A stretch of 58,756 nucleotides of DNA from an uncultured Chroococcidiopsis sp. (GTDB taxonomy: Bacteria; Cyanobacteriota; Cyanobacteriia; Cyanobacteriales; Chroococcidiopsidaceae), in the NCBI GenBank assembly GCA_964248365.1, contig CAXTYC010000020.1, forward strand, positions 30,490 through 89,245, in the 5' to 3' direction. Shown piece by piece: positions 39,065-50,048 of this stretch. Position numbers and translations under genes: made by a program. A model generated the notes under the pieces. The model saw nothing but the letters and a program-made list of their open reading frames with translations. It made no database searches and was not told the DNA's origin. Numbering within the stretch: position 1 is the stretch's first letter; every line of letters begins with the position of its first letter.

Positions 39065-39205
39065 GCCCAGATTATCCGGTTCTAACTGCGGGTGGTGTTG
39101 TGTTGATGTGGTACTGTAGCGGAGAGTTAGCAGACTATTGTTGATGAGTAATACACCATGCGCCTAAGGTATGCTATTTACAGCACACCTAAACAATAAA
39201 CCGTT

Positions 39206-39452
39206 ATGGCGACTAAAAACCCTCGGATAGTGGGGTATGTTAGCCCAGAAAACCACACTCAGTTAAAAAAAATTTGTGGAGCAGCATGGGCTGACTGAAT
39301 CGAAGGCAATTGATGTCATCTTGAGCCAATTTTTTGGCACTGCTACTGACACCCCAGGTAGCACACTTAGTAGCACGCTAGAGCGAGTTCTGGAGCGCGT
39401 CGCAGCACTTGAGCAACAGATGGCTGAAACGATGGGGGAATTAGTCGCCTGA
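39206..39452 (+). pseudogene. Ribbon-helix-helix-like/coiled-coil small protein with a +1 frameshift in an A8 run
   Basis: Removing one A at 39265-39272 gives MATKNPRIVGYVSPENHTQLKKFVEQHGLTESKAIDVILSQFFG..ERVAALEQQMAETMGELVA*. Confidence 0.6.
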
Positions 39453-39661
39453 GAGAGGAAAACAAATCTCTCAGCCCACAGCACACCAGTAGCATACCCA
39501 GCCAGATACCGACGGCACCCGACTATGCGGCAATAGGCGAACGCTACCTTTCCCAACTGAAACTAGGCAAGCAGGCACCAGGCTATAGGGCAGCGGGCAA
39601 AGCTCTGGACTATTTAATTAATCAGGTAAAAAGTGACGCTTTTCCCTAGCCATTGAAGCGA

Positions 39662-40790
39662 AGCTCGTTTATAACATCCAGTTTTTAGTACAACAAAGGC
39701 GCTGCGATGCTAACTGTGGCCAGAGAATTTACCAGTTTGATGCTCGCCTTTGCTCCCCCGAAGGATATCCTTCGGGGCTTGAGTCAAGAAAAGCATTTTC
39801 AGAACTACCATCGTGTCCTCAACCGAGCGGTTTGGTCAAGTCGTGCTGTCAGTCGAGTCCTATTACAGATGCATGACCGTGTTTTTGCCTCACAAGGGCT
39901 GCTGGTAATGGGTTTGGATGATACTACCCTCGCGCAGGCGTGGAGAAAAAATCAAGCCCAGCATCTACCGTGACCCAGTTTGTTCTAGCCACGGTCACTT
40001 TGTCAAAGCCAGTGGATTGCGTTGGTTGAGCCTAATGTTGCTAGTTGAGATTCCTTGGCCACAGAGGGTGTGGGGCTTACCATTCTTAACAGCGTTGGCA
40101 GCGTCAGAACGGTATAACCAAGAACAATGCCATCGCCACAAAACTTTAACTGATTGGGGACGGCAGATGATTTTACAGATGCGTTGCTAAGGTTGCCCCA
40201 ACTCCCGTTGTTCGTGGTGGCAGACAGTAGTTTTGCTGCACTGGAGAGGTAGGCTTGAAAAAAATGATCGCTCCGTCATACCTAGATCTCTCATACACAG
40301 CAGATAAACTTCAAAACACGCACCGATCATTTTTTTTTGCGCCAAATTCAAATACTGTTAGCAGCAGTAAGTCAGATCACGAACCCAGTCCATCTGATCA
40401 CAAGATTGCGCCTGGATGCAGCATTGTACCAACCCTCGGGGTTGGCTCCTGACAAATATGGTCAGCCCTATATTGGGATCTATCGGTTGGTGGGAGGGAT
40501 AATTGACCCGTGAGGACCGTCGCGTGAGTCTTGGTCGAACGCTCTCGCGCGCTCTTGGCTTCGCCTTCGACCAAGACTCACCGTTGATTCGGGCTGACCA
40601 TATTTGTCTACATCCTTTGTAACCCCTTGCCGACATTTGTCGATGCGATGGCACGAGGGCGCCAATCTTTATGGCCTTGTACTTTTTCCATGTCAGTTGA
40701 GTCAACCGAGATAGTGAAAATTCCCCGCGCTCTGCTGGAGCGCTTGACCGACGCTTTGGTTTACGCTGCTTAAATGGATAAAGTCGAGCT
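39662..40790 (+). mobile_element. IS701-family-like transposase remnant, fragmented and internally interrupted
   Basis: HFQNYHRVLNRAVWS, LDDT, YRDPV..SGLRWLSLMLL, LTDWGRQMI, C-terminus KIPRALLERLTDALVYAA*; imperfect IRs AGCTCGTTTAT / ATAAAGTCGAGCT. Confidence 0.8.
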
Positions 40791-41095
40791 AAGAGAATGT
40801 TTGGAAAGTCTTACGTAATACATTAAGTCCTTATCGATCCCCCTTTCCCCCTTAAAAAGGGGGGATAAAGTTACCCAAGGTATGAGGGATATAGAGAGTA
40901 TACAAGTTCAAAACAATACCTTTCAAACATCCTCTAACCAATCTTTTTTTTAGATATTCGATTAATTGGTTCCCAGGCTAAGCAACAGTACGGTGGGCAT
41001 GAGTGGCACTACAAGAAATTGTAGCCTGGTAAATATATATTGTTGAAGCCGCTACCAGGCTGAGCTTGAAAGCCTGGGTTTAAACAGGTTTAGCC

Positions 41096-42625
41096 TCAAC
41101 CTGCTTCTAGGTTATCTATAGCGATAGTTAGCTGCTCCCCTGTTGTTTTTCTTTCAGCAGATTTCAAAACTTCAAGACTCAAAGGAATGTCAAGACATTT
41201 ACCCGCTTCTAGTATTTCTCTAATAGTGACAATTTGAATGCAAGGATAACTTTTACCCATCGCTTTATGTTGATAAAAGCCGCAAGCTTTTGCTTCCTTA
41301 ACCACTTCAGAAGTTGGTTCTTTCAAAGTAATGAAGATACCCATTGCTGCACTCTCGCGGGTCATTGTACCATAAAGATCACGAATATCGCGGGATGAAA
41401 CATTACCTGACTTGACTTGTAAAACTACTTTTCTATGTCCAACACAAGCTTCTAAAAAGTAAGCGAAACCATCAATACCTCTATCTGCACCTTTTTTATG
41501 ATTAATAACAGCACGATTATTTGAGTAGGTAAGAACAGCCCATTTTTCAAATTCTTTGCAAGTGCGATCGTCTTTACGATTAGCTAATGCTTCAGTCGAT
41601 TTAATATCTTTAGGAATACCATCAAGTTTAATTTGGTTGAGTACATCTCTACCATAATTATCTTCTAGTCTTTTCAGAATTAGACTAATACTTTGATAAG
41701 TGATATCAATTCCTATCAATTGACGGTTTAAGCGTTGTGCTACAGCTACAGTAGTTCCACAGCCACAATAAGCATCTAAAGTTACATCCCCTTCATTACT
41801 ACTTGCTTTTATGATTCGTTCTAAAAGGGCTTCGGGCTTTTATGTAGGGTAGCCAAGACGTTCTTTTGATGTTGCGTTAATAATACCCAATAACCAAACA
41901 TCTGTCATTGCTACCCCTTCTCTTAAATATACTTTTGCTCTGTACTTACTACCATCTTTATTACGCCGTGTTGTAAGTCTGTAGCGCCCATTTTCGTCTT
42001 CTAGTTTATATCTTGTATTTCTTTCTGATAGTGAACTATCTGAGTATTCTTATAGTTGAGTATTGAAGATATATTTGTTGCTTTTTGAGTAAAAAAGTAT
42101 GATGTCGTGTTTTTTTTGAAAAATCGAGTCATTTTGAGTTGCTTTTGCTCCATAGTACCAAACAATCTCATTTTTAAAATCACCATCTTGAACGCAGAAT
42201 ATGCCATCTAATATCAGCTTTAAATAATGGCTAGCTGTAGGGTCACAATGCAGGTAAAAACTACCCGTAGGTTTTAATACTCGATGAATTTCAACCAATC
42301 TCAAAGTCATACTAACTAAATAAGCTAATAAGCTTCCCTTACCCAATACCTTGGATAAACCTACAATTAGGTCAATACTTTGAGATGTAAATTTACCTTG
42401 ATAGTTGTCTACAATTTGAGCAAATCCTTCTTCGGCAAGGATGTTCCCCCAGGTATCAATAAAAGCTTGTGCTTGTGCTTTATCTTCCTTGCCAATATTA
42501 TTATATATTTGATTGTAATTACGTTTAGAATTGAAAGGCGGGTCAATGTAGCACAAATCTACTGACTCATCTTTAATATGCTTACGTAATATATCTAAGT
42601 TATCGCCATAATAAAGGTGATTCAT
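41096..42625 (-). pseudogene. N6/N4 DNA methyltransferase fused to an Mrr-like endonuclease domain, two in-frame stops
   Basis: YIDPPF, GYPT*KPEALL, DAYCGCGTT, DRGIDG..QVKSG; TAA at 42050-42052 and 41840-41842 in one continuous 510-codon frame. Confidence 0.9.
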
Positions 42626-42840
42626 CAGAGCTAATATGTATTTTTATAGATTTTTCAAAATAAACTTAGCTCTGGTTTTATTTCTTCGTCAACTCAGATT
42701 ACGCTGATAAATCTTGGTCGATACCAAATTTACCATCAGTAAATAAGCGTAAGGTGGGCATGGGTGGCATACAGTAAATTTGGGTTTGAGTAAATATACG
42801 TTGATAGCAGAAGTATTATCACTTGCTTGGAAAACATACA

Positions 42841-43020
42841 ATGACAGAATTACCAGATGAAAAGACACTAGCTGAACTAGTTAAACTAGGCAAAAGCTTT
42901 GAAGACCAAACCAGAAAACTGTATGAGATGGCACAAGCGTTTGCCCAGAAATATAAAAAACGTTTGGATAAAATTAGACTAACACAGGTGCAAAATTGCG
43001 ATGAAATAATTACCGGATGA
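42841..43020 (+). CDS. Small helical hypothetical protein
   Basis: MTELPDEKTLAELVKLGKSF..LYEMA.. Confidence 0.55.
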   Translation: MTELPDEKTLAELVKLGKSFEDQTRKLYEMAQAFAQKYKKRLDKIRLTQVQNCDEIITG

Positions 43021-43172
43021 AAAGACACACAGATGAACTAATTGAACTTGCTTCATTTTTTAACAAAAAGCTAGCATATTTATATGAACTGGCAACAGAA
43101 ATAGACGATAAGTGGCGAATTCGATTGGAGTCTAAGCGCAAAGCTGCAATAAAGCAAACTAGTACTGAATAA
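43017..43172 (+). CDS. Diverged tandem paralog of the preceding small protein
   Basis: MKRHTDELIELASFF..LYELATEIDDKWRIRLE; DNA similarity AATTACC(A/G)GATGAAAAGACAC in both copies; ATGA overlap. Confidence 0.45.
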   Translation: MKRHTDELIELASFFNKKLAYLYELATEIDDKWRIRLESKRKAAIKQTSTE

Positions 43173-43178
43173 AAACAG

Positions 43179-43784
43179 TTATTTAAATAAAGCTGGTAGC
43201 ATAGTGGAACCTTGCCAAATTGCATAGATAATAAATCCAAACAACAAGGTAATTAAAATAGTAAGTGCGTAGCTGATGCACATTAATAACCCATCTGCTT
43301 CCAAAGTAGCAACGGCTAGTAACAAAATTGCTACGGTGGGAATAGGGTTAGTCATGGGAACGGGTGAAATTAATAAAATTGCTAGCCAAGAGATACATAA
43401 ACCATTTAATCGCCAAATATAATGACTTTCTGCGAGTCTCGACAATCGGGGACGGACAATTTTTTCTAGTATTCTTGTAACTCTTTTTAGATTTTGCAAC
43501 AGTTGTAGGGCAAACCAGCGAGGAAATTTAAAAGAGGCAATTTTTTTCGGTAGCCAAGGCGATCGCCTCCCCATTGCCATCTGAATGGATAAAATTAAGC
43601 AGGCTGTACCAGGTACACCAGTTAACCCAGGTGGAATGGGAAACAAAAAAGGTAAAACCACTAAGGCGATGACTAAGCTAAACCCCCGTTCAGAGGTTTC
43701 TGCCAAAATATCACCCAGAGAGAGTGGCTGCTGGGCTAACCTTTCCAGTAGTGACTTGATATCTTGAGAAAATCTCAGACGCAT
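43179..43784 (-). CDS. exoD: Exopolysaccharide synthesis ExoD family membrane protein
   Basis: ERGFSL..LPFLFPIPPG, GRRSPWLP, PVPMTNPIP, EADG. Confidence 0.9.
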   Translation of the reverse strand: MRLRFSQDIKSLLERLAQQPLSLGDILAETSERGFSLVIALVVLPFLFPIPPGLTGVPGTACLILSIQMAMGRRSPWLPKKIASFKFPRWFALQLLQNLKRVTRILEKIVRPRLSRLAESHYIWRLNGLCISWLAILLISPVPMTNPIPTVAILLLAVATLEADGLLMCISYALTILITLLFGFIIYAIWQGSTMLPALFK

Positions 43785-43974
43785 ATATATCCAGCTAAAT
43801 ATCTTGGGAACGCAGGTTTGGTAATTGGTAGACGTAGCAGTGCTACGTCTTTCCTGGTAATTGTAAAATCTTTTACACGCGGTTACTTATTACCTATTAC
43901 CCATTATCGATTACATACAAACGAATAAAGAGGTGCGATCGCTAACGTATTTGATATATTAGCTCCATGTCTAG

Positions 43975-44847
43975 TTATTGCGGCACTAAAACTGCTAAAG
44001 CATGAGGAATAACCCGAAATTCGGCTGGTGTATGAGTCGTAATTTCACCATCAGTATTAATTGGGCGAGGTTTCCTGGTATACACTTGAATTTCTTGACC
44101 ATACAAAGTCCGTACACCACGCCAAGTAGTATGCCGCCCTCCTCGCATCGCAGGTAATAAAGCAACAATTTGCCACCAGTGCGGCAATTCCAAACTGTAC
44201 AAATCTAGTCTTTGATCGTCAATTGTGGCATCATGAACTACTGCCATGCCGCCACCGTAATAACGACCATTACCTACAGCAATCTGAACTGTTTTTACCC
44301 GAATTGATTCACCGTTGATCCGAATCTCGGCTCTAAATGGTCGGATTTGCAAAATCACTTGCAAGGCAGTGATAGCATAGGCAAATACTCCCCAACGGCG
44401 CTTGAGTTCCTTGGTAAGCTGTTTGGTAATTTGTACACTCAGCCCCAAACTGGCAACATTAAAGAAGTGCTTGCCATTTACCCACCCTAAATCTATGCGC
44501 CGTACTTGACCCTTGGCAATAATTTCGCAAGCTTTCGGTAAAGAGTTAGGAATTTCCAAGGTACGCGCCAAGTCGTTGGCAGTTCCCAAAGGTAGTATAC
44601 CCAAAGGAAGCCCAGTTTCAACTAAAGCGTCTACTGCTGCATTGAGAGTACCGTCACCACCGCCAATAATTACCAAGTCAACTTGATGCTGGTAGCGATG
44701 GATTAATTCTGACAGATGCCTAGGGTCTTCTGTAGACTCTTCCAACAACTCCAAGTCCAATGTCTTCAATTGGTCAATGGCTGCGGATAGCTGCTTGTGT
44801 CCATGTCGGGCGTGGCGATTTACTAGCAACAGGGCGCGGTGACTCAT
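43975..44847 (-). CDS. YegS/BmrU family lipid kinase
   Basis: GGGDGT, LPLGTANDLAR, NGRYYGGG, DGE. Confidence 0.93.
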   Translation of the reverse strand: MSHRALLLVNRHARHGHKQLSAAIDQLKTLDLELLEESTEDPRHLSELIHRYQHQVDLVIIGGGDGTLNAAVDALVETGLPLGILPLGTANDLARTLEIPNSLPKACEIIAKGQVRRIDLGWVNGKHFFNVASLGLSVQITKQLTKELKRRWGVFAYAITALQVILQIRPFRAEIRINGESIRVKTVQIAVGNGRYYGGGMAVVHDATIDDQRLDLYSLELPHWWQIVALLPAMRGGRHTTWRGVRTLYGQEIQVYTRKPRPINTDGEITTHTPAEFRVIPHALAVLVPQ

Positions 44848-45330
44848 AATTGCTTGCCTGAATGTTAAAAATCTATACCTTTAATTATTAATCCTCTTGC
44901 AGTCAAGGTAATCAAAGGCATTATGATTTATAATCTAATCTGAATTTGATATTTTCACATTCAAATACTTACTTAAAATTAGTAATTAAGTAATTACTCT
45001 GAAAAACTTCTCCCGCTCCTCCCACTACCCCCTTATATGATGCTTGAATTATTAAACCAATAGCAGGAGATGATTTGATAATTTTATATTTTGTAGCTTT
45101 AAAATCAGAAGCCAGGAGTTATAAGTCACAATTAATGAACAATTAGCTTTTAGCTATTAGCTTTTAGCCAGAAGCAACTAATAGGCTAATGAATATCAAA
45201 GATCACCATCTGTTAGAAACTATGGATCAGTGCGTCGGCTAACCGCTAATTAATAACGGGTTGCTATATTGTCTCTTTCTGAATTTTGTATTTTGAATTT
45301 TTCAAATAAAAATGTAGGATTGCAAGAAAT

Positions 45331-45801
45331 CTAATGTTCATTAGGTTTAGTGTTGAGGCGACGAATCAGCCAGTAGCTGATTGAAAGTGCAAAAATAGCC
45401 AGCGCTAAGCCCATTAAATCTATTCCTGTAGCTTTAGTGAAGTCAAAAATAATAATTTTTCTAGCAACTGCTATTAATGAAGTGACAATAACTAGCTCGA
45501 CTTGAACTACGTGCTTTTTCAAGTATGCTGTAATATTTTCTAATAGTTCAAGAGCAATTAATATATTTAAAAATAGTCCAAAAACTTGAATTAATATTTT
45601 GTTAAAAAAGCCTAATGGAGATTCAAATAGATTTTGAGATAAATAGATTATTAGGTCAACAATTGCCACTAAAATTATTATTACCATTGCAATAGATAAA
45701 GTTTTAGAAACAAGGCTTTCTATTACTTTGATAAAGCTCAAGAAGTTTTCGTCTTTGCCTATAAATGAAGTCTGTTTTGCAATTTTTCGCCAGTTTACCA
45801 T
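45331..45801 (-). CDS. Phosphate-starvation-inducible PsiE family membrane protein
   Basis: FGLFLNILIALELLENI, LIAVARKIII. Confidence 0.88.
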   Translation of the reverse strand: MVNWRKIAKQTSFIGKDENFLSFIKVIESLVSKTLSIAMVIIILVAIVDLIIYLSQNLFESPLGFFNKILIQVFGLFLNILIALELLENITAYLKKHVVQVELVIVTSLIAVARKIIIFDFTKATGIDLMGLALAIFALSISYWLIRRLNTKPNEH

Positions 45802-45910
45802 TTTTATTATTCATGGATGGAAACAGAAAATACTAGGCGCTAAGCCTAGTCCCTGGTTCCCAGGCTGAGCCTGGGAACTAGAATGGGAGGCATTTTGGCT
45901 TTAATTGTGT

Positions 45911-46777
45911 TTAGTCATCATCGTGAGCAAAGCGATTGTAGAGAAAGTCTAGGGCTTGGTTGCGGAGTTGGTAGTATTGGGGATCTTCCATAATGCGGGC
46001 GCGATCGCGCGGACGGGAGAAAGGAATTTCCATCACTTCGCCAATTTTGGCATGAGGACCATTGGTCATCATAACTAGGCGATCGGCAAGAAACAATGCC
46101 TCATCGATATCATGGGTGATCATCAAAACCGTACATTGATTATCATTCCAGATTTTCAACAGTTCTTCCTGCAACTCTTCTTTAGTTATTGCATCCAACG
46201 CCCCAAAAGGTTCATCTAAAATCATCACCTTGGGACGAATTGCCAAAGCACGGGCAATGGAAACTCGTTGTCTCATCCCACCAGACAGCTGCGGCGGCTT
46301 TTTATCAGCAGCTTCTGCTAGTCCCACCATTGCCAGATGTTCCCGCACGATCGCTTTCTTTTCAGCTTCTGGCTTATCAGGGTATACAGCATTAACTGCT
46401 ATGTAGACATTTTCAAAAGCAGTCCGCCAAGGCAATAGAGCATAGTTTTGGAACACTACCATGCGGTCTGGACCTGGCTTGACAATCGGTTGTCCTTCCA
46501 GCAACACTTGTCCATCGGTAGGAAAGTTAAAACCCGATACCATGTTTAGAAGAGTTGACTTGCCACAGCCAGAGTGACCGATAACGCAAATAAACTCACT
46601 CTCATAGACGTTGAGATTAACGCCGTCGAGTACGGTGAAAGGTCCATTCTTAGTTGAATAGACTTTAGAAACGTCTTTGATCTCCAAAAAAGGCTTGCGA
46701 CTGCTTGTTGAAGTTGACAGAGGCTTTCCAACTCTGTCTCTAGCTACTCCAGTATAAGCAAAAGCGTTGTTGTGCAT
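45911..46777 (-). CDS. cmpD: Bicarbonate ABC transporter ATP-binding protein
   Basis: GHSGCGKST, LSGGMRQR, DEPFGALD; last gene of the operon. Confidence 0.88.
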   Translation of the reverse strand: MHNNAFAYTGVARDRVGKPLSTSTSSRKPFLEIKDVSKVYSTKNGPFTVLDGVNLNVYESEFICVIGHSGCGKSTLLNMVSGFNFPTDGQVLLEGQPIVKPGPDRMVVFQNYALLPWRTAFENVYIAVNAVYPDKPEAEKKAIVREHLAMVGLAEAADKKPPQLSGGMRQRVSIARALAIRPKVMILDEPFGALDAITKEELQEELLKIWNDNQCTVLMITHDIDEALFLADRLVMMTNGPHAKIGEVMEIPFSRPRDRARIMEDPQYYQLRNQALDFLYNRFAHDDD

Positions 46778-46942
46778 AATTGATTTTAGATTTTGGATTT
46801 TAGATTTTAGATTTTGGAGTTGAGGAGTCAGGGAAAGGCAAAAAGGATGAAGGTTGAAGGTTAAAGGTTGAAGGTTGAAATTTTACACTTCATACTTCAC
46901 ACTTCATAATACTTCATACTTCATACTTTTTTAGCCCCTAGT

Positions 46943-48943
46943 TCAGGCTGCTCTTCTGTGTGAGTCGAGAATAACGTCGGCAACAGAAAAATCGCGTTTT
47001 ACTGGCAAACTGTTAAGATAGGTGAGGGGGTCATCAGCATTAAATACAGTACCATCAAACATCTTGATCGGCTGACGAGTGTAATTCACATCCAAACCGA
47101 GTTCTCTAGCTGCCGTACTGTATACGCCAACTTTGCACACTCGTTCGATGATTTCCACCCAGTTTCTAGGAAAGGGAGTGTGACCCCAGCGCGCCAATTG
47201 AGTCATGAGCCAAGTTTGTTCTGTGCGGCTGGGACGGTTGATTGCAGAGTCGGCATAAAACTGGTGATGGGCATACTCGCGCATCGGATAGCTTAAGTCA
47301 CAGCGATCGCTATAGGGATCTTCAAGCTGGATATAAGAAATATCCGTGCTGACATACTCCCGCCGTGCCAAAATTTCCCGAATTTCTTCGGCATTTTCTG
47401 GAACTGAACAGTAATAGCAAGCTTCTAACAAAGCTTTGACTAGAGCAATATGGGTGTTGGGATAAGCGGATGCCCAATCTTCCCGCACGCCGAGAACCTT
47501 ACCTGGGTGTCCCAGCCAGACTTCTAAATCAGTCGCAATGGTAAAACCAATACCTTCTTCAGCAGCGCGGTAGTTCCAAGGTTCCCCAACACAGTAACCG
47601 TCAATACTTCCAGCTTTCAGATCTGCCACCATCTGCGCTGGGGGAATAGTTCTAATGTCAACATCCTTGTCAGGGTCAACCCCACCAGCAGCTAACCAGT
47701 AACGTAGGAGCAGGTTATGCATTGACGCAGGATGTACCACCCCCATTGTGTGCCTTTGGGTGCGGGTGAGACGCAGGTAATTTTTGAAGTCTGGCAGCGA
47801 TTGTATTCCTTGATCGTAAAAGCGTTTTGACAAGGTGATAGCGTTGCCATTACGGGTCATGGTGAGGGCGGTAACAACTGGTAAGGGTCGGTCTTCATTT
47901 CCTCCCAGAGTTAACCACATCGGCATCCCCGAAGGCATTTGAGCAGCATCCAAATAGCCGCCGCTTATACCATCTACAATGCCGCGCCAACTGGCTTCTC
48001 GCACCAAATTGACTTCATCTAAACCATGCTTGGCAAAAAAGCCTTTTTCTTGGGCAACTGCTAAAGGAGCGCAAGCGGTAAGGGGAACAAAGCCGATGTC
48101 TAGATTAACTTTTTCTAAACCATGACGTGCGATCGCAGTGGTTTTGCGCGCCCTAATTTTCTTGATTCTTTTCTGCTGGTTGAGGAAATAAATCATTTCA
48201 CTTCGCAAACTGTAGTAGCTGGGATGTTCTACCACTTCCATCCGCTTGCGAGGTCTGGGGATGTCTACTTCTAAAATGCCCCCAATTTTTGATTCTGGTC
48301 CATTGGTGAGCATGACAATGCGATCGGACAACAACACGGCTTCGTCAACATCGTGAGTCACCATCACCGCCGTGACATGGTTTTCCTGGCAGATTTGCAT
48401 CAGTTGCTCTTGCAAATTACCCCGTGTCAGTGCATCCAAAGCACCAAACGGTTCATCTAGCAAGAGTAATTTCGGACGAATAGCTAAAGCCCTTGCGATC
48501 GCCACCCGCTGTTTTTGTCCCCCCGATAACATCCCTGGTGGTTTGTCAGCATGAGGACGCAACCCCACCATATCAATATGCTTTTCGACAATTGCTTTGC
48601 GTTCTGCCGCGGGCGCACCCTTCATCACTGAATCTACAGCCAGGGCAATATTTTCCCGTACTGTCCGCCAAGGTAGAAGCGAATAATTCTGAAACACCAC
48701 CATCCGGTCTGGTCCTGGCTTAGTGATTTTTTTGCCTTCCAGAGTAACTAATCCGTCACTTGGCAGATCCAATCCGGCAATCATATTTAGTAGGGTAGAC
48801 TTGCCACAACCGGAGTGACCGATCAGAGAAACAAATTCACCTTTTTTAATCTGAAGGTCAATTCCTTTGAGGGCTATATATTGTCCCCCACCGACTAAAT
48901 CAAAAACCTTATCAATTTGGTCAACAGCAACGAATACACTCAT
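46943..48943 (-). CDS. cmpC: Bicarbonate ABC transporter ATPase with a C-terminal solute-binding-like domain
   Basis: ABC domain plus NrtA-like domain; GGGQYIALKGIDL and RKRMEVVEHPSYY recalled as CmpC-type. Confidence 0.88.
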   Translation of the reverse strand: MSVFVAVDQIDKVFDLVGGGQYIALKGIDLQIKKGEFVSLIGHSGCGKSTLLNMIAGLDLPSDGLVTLEGKKITKPGPDRMVVFQNYSLLPWRTVRENIALAVDSVMKGAPAAERKAIVEKHIDMVGLRPHADKPPGMLSGGQKQRVAIARALAIRPKLLLLDEPFGALDALTRGNLQEQLMQICQENHVTAVMVTHDVDEAVLLSDRIVMLTNGPESKIGGILEVDIPRPRKRMEVVEHPSYYSLRSEMIYFLNQQKRIKKIRARKTTAIARHGLEKVNLDIGFVPLTACAPLAVAQEKGFFAKHGLDEVNLVREASWRGIVDGISGGYLDAAQMPSGMPMWLTLGGNEDRPLPVVTALTMTRNGNAITLSKRFYDQGIQSLPDFKNYLRLTRTQRHTMGVVHPASMHNLLLRYWLAAGGVDPDKDVDIRTIPPAQMVADLKAGSIDGYCVGEPWNYRAAEEGIGFTIATDLEVWLGHPGKVLGVREDWASAYPNTHIALVKALLEACYYCSVPENAEEIREILARREYVSTDISYIQLEDPYSDRCDLSYPMREYAHHQFYADSAINRPSRTEQTWLMTQLARWGHTPFPRNWVEIIERVCKVGVYSTAARELGLDVNYTRQPIKMFDGTVFNADDPLTYLNSLPVKRDFSVADVILDSHRRAA

Positions 48944-49052
48944 TTGTCATTTGTCCTTTGTCATTTGTTCTTTGTGATTTATAATTTTGTCGTTGGTCAT
49001 TTGTCCGAGGTTTACAACTAATGACCAATGACGAATGACGAATGACGAAGCA

Positions 49053-49892
49053 TTACTTTTGTTCGGCTGGTAAAATTTTGTTTTGCAGCCAAGCCATCAT
49101 CTTGTCTAGCACTAGACCAACAATACCGATATAAATCAGAGCCAAAATCACTTCACTGACGTTGTTGTTCTGATAGGCTTCCCAGATGAAAAAGCCAATC
49201 CCGACAATACCAGACATTACAATCTCTGCTGCAATAATTGCTAGCCAAGCCAAACCGATCGCAATCCTTAAACCTGTAAAAATGTAGGGCAAAGCAGCAG
49301 GAATGAGGATGTTAAAGAAATATTCTTTCTTGCTTAATTGGAGAACTTTGGAGACGTTGTTGTAATCTTGAGGAATTTCCTTGACACCTACAGCAGTGTT
49401 AATCAAGATTGGCCAGATCGCAGTGATAAAAATCACAAATAAGGCGGCAGGTTCGTTTTGTCGCAGTGCTGCCAAAGAAATAGGAACCCAAGCCAGGGGG
49501 GGTACAGTTCGCAATAGCTGAAAGATTGGGTCTAAAGCCTTGGACATTAATTTAGAAGTACCAATTAGAATACCCAAGGCAATACCAACAATTGCCGCTA
49601 AGGTGTAACTAATTGCTACCCGTTGTAAACTAGCTAGAATTTGCCAAAACAAACCTTTATCTGTGCCACCTCGGTCATAGAAAGGCCATAAAATCAATAT
49701 CCAGGTGTCTTGAATTACCTTGACTGGACCTGGTAAGGTTGCCCCTGGAGTCATTGAAAACAATTGCCAGATAACTAGAAAGATAGCGATCGCAACTAGC
49801 GGAGGTAAAATGTCAGGAAATCGCTTTTGCAGCTGTCCTAGAAAGCCATTACTAAAATCATTATTGCGTCTTCTAGCAGAAAATGTTGTCAT
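49053..49892 (-). CDS. cmpB: Bicarbonate ABC transporter permease
   Basis: DKGLFWQILASLQRV, PPLAWVP, WLAIIAAE. Confidence 0.87.
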   Translation of the reverse strand: MTTFSARRRNNDFSNGFLGQLQKRFPDILPPLVAIAIFLVIWQLFSMTPGATLPGPVKVIQDTWILILWPFYDRGGTDKGLFWQILASLQRVAISYTLAAIVGIALGILIGTSKLMSKALDPIFQLLRTVPPLAWVPISLAALRQNEPAALFVIFITAIWPILINTAVGVKEIPQDYNNVSKVLQLSKKEYFFNILIPAALPYIFTGLRIAIGLAWLAIIAAEIVMSGIVGIGFFIWEAYQNNNVSEVILALIYIGIVGLVLDKMMAWLQNKILPAEQK

Positions 49893-50048
49893 TTACTCTG
49901 TTCTCCTAAATATTGGTAGTTGGTAGTTGGTAGACGTAGCTAAGATAGTCTGTACTAGCACAGACGATTTTAGCTACGTCTTTCCTGATAGTTGGTAATT
50001 GCTAATTTTTGTCTTCGCCCATTACCTATTACTAGTTACCGATTTCCA

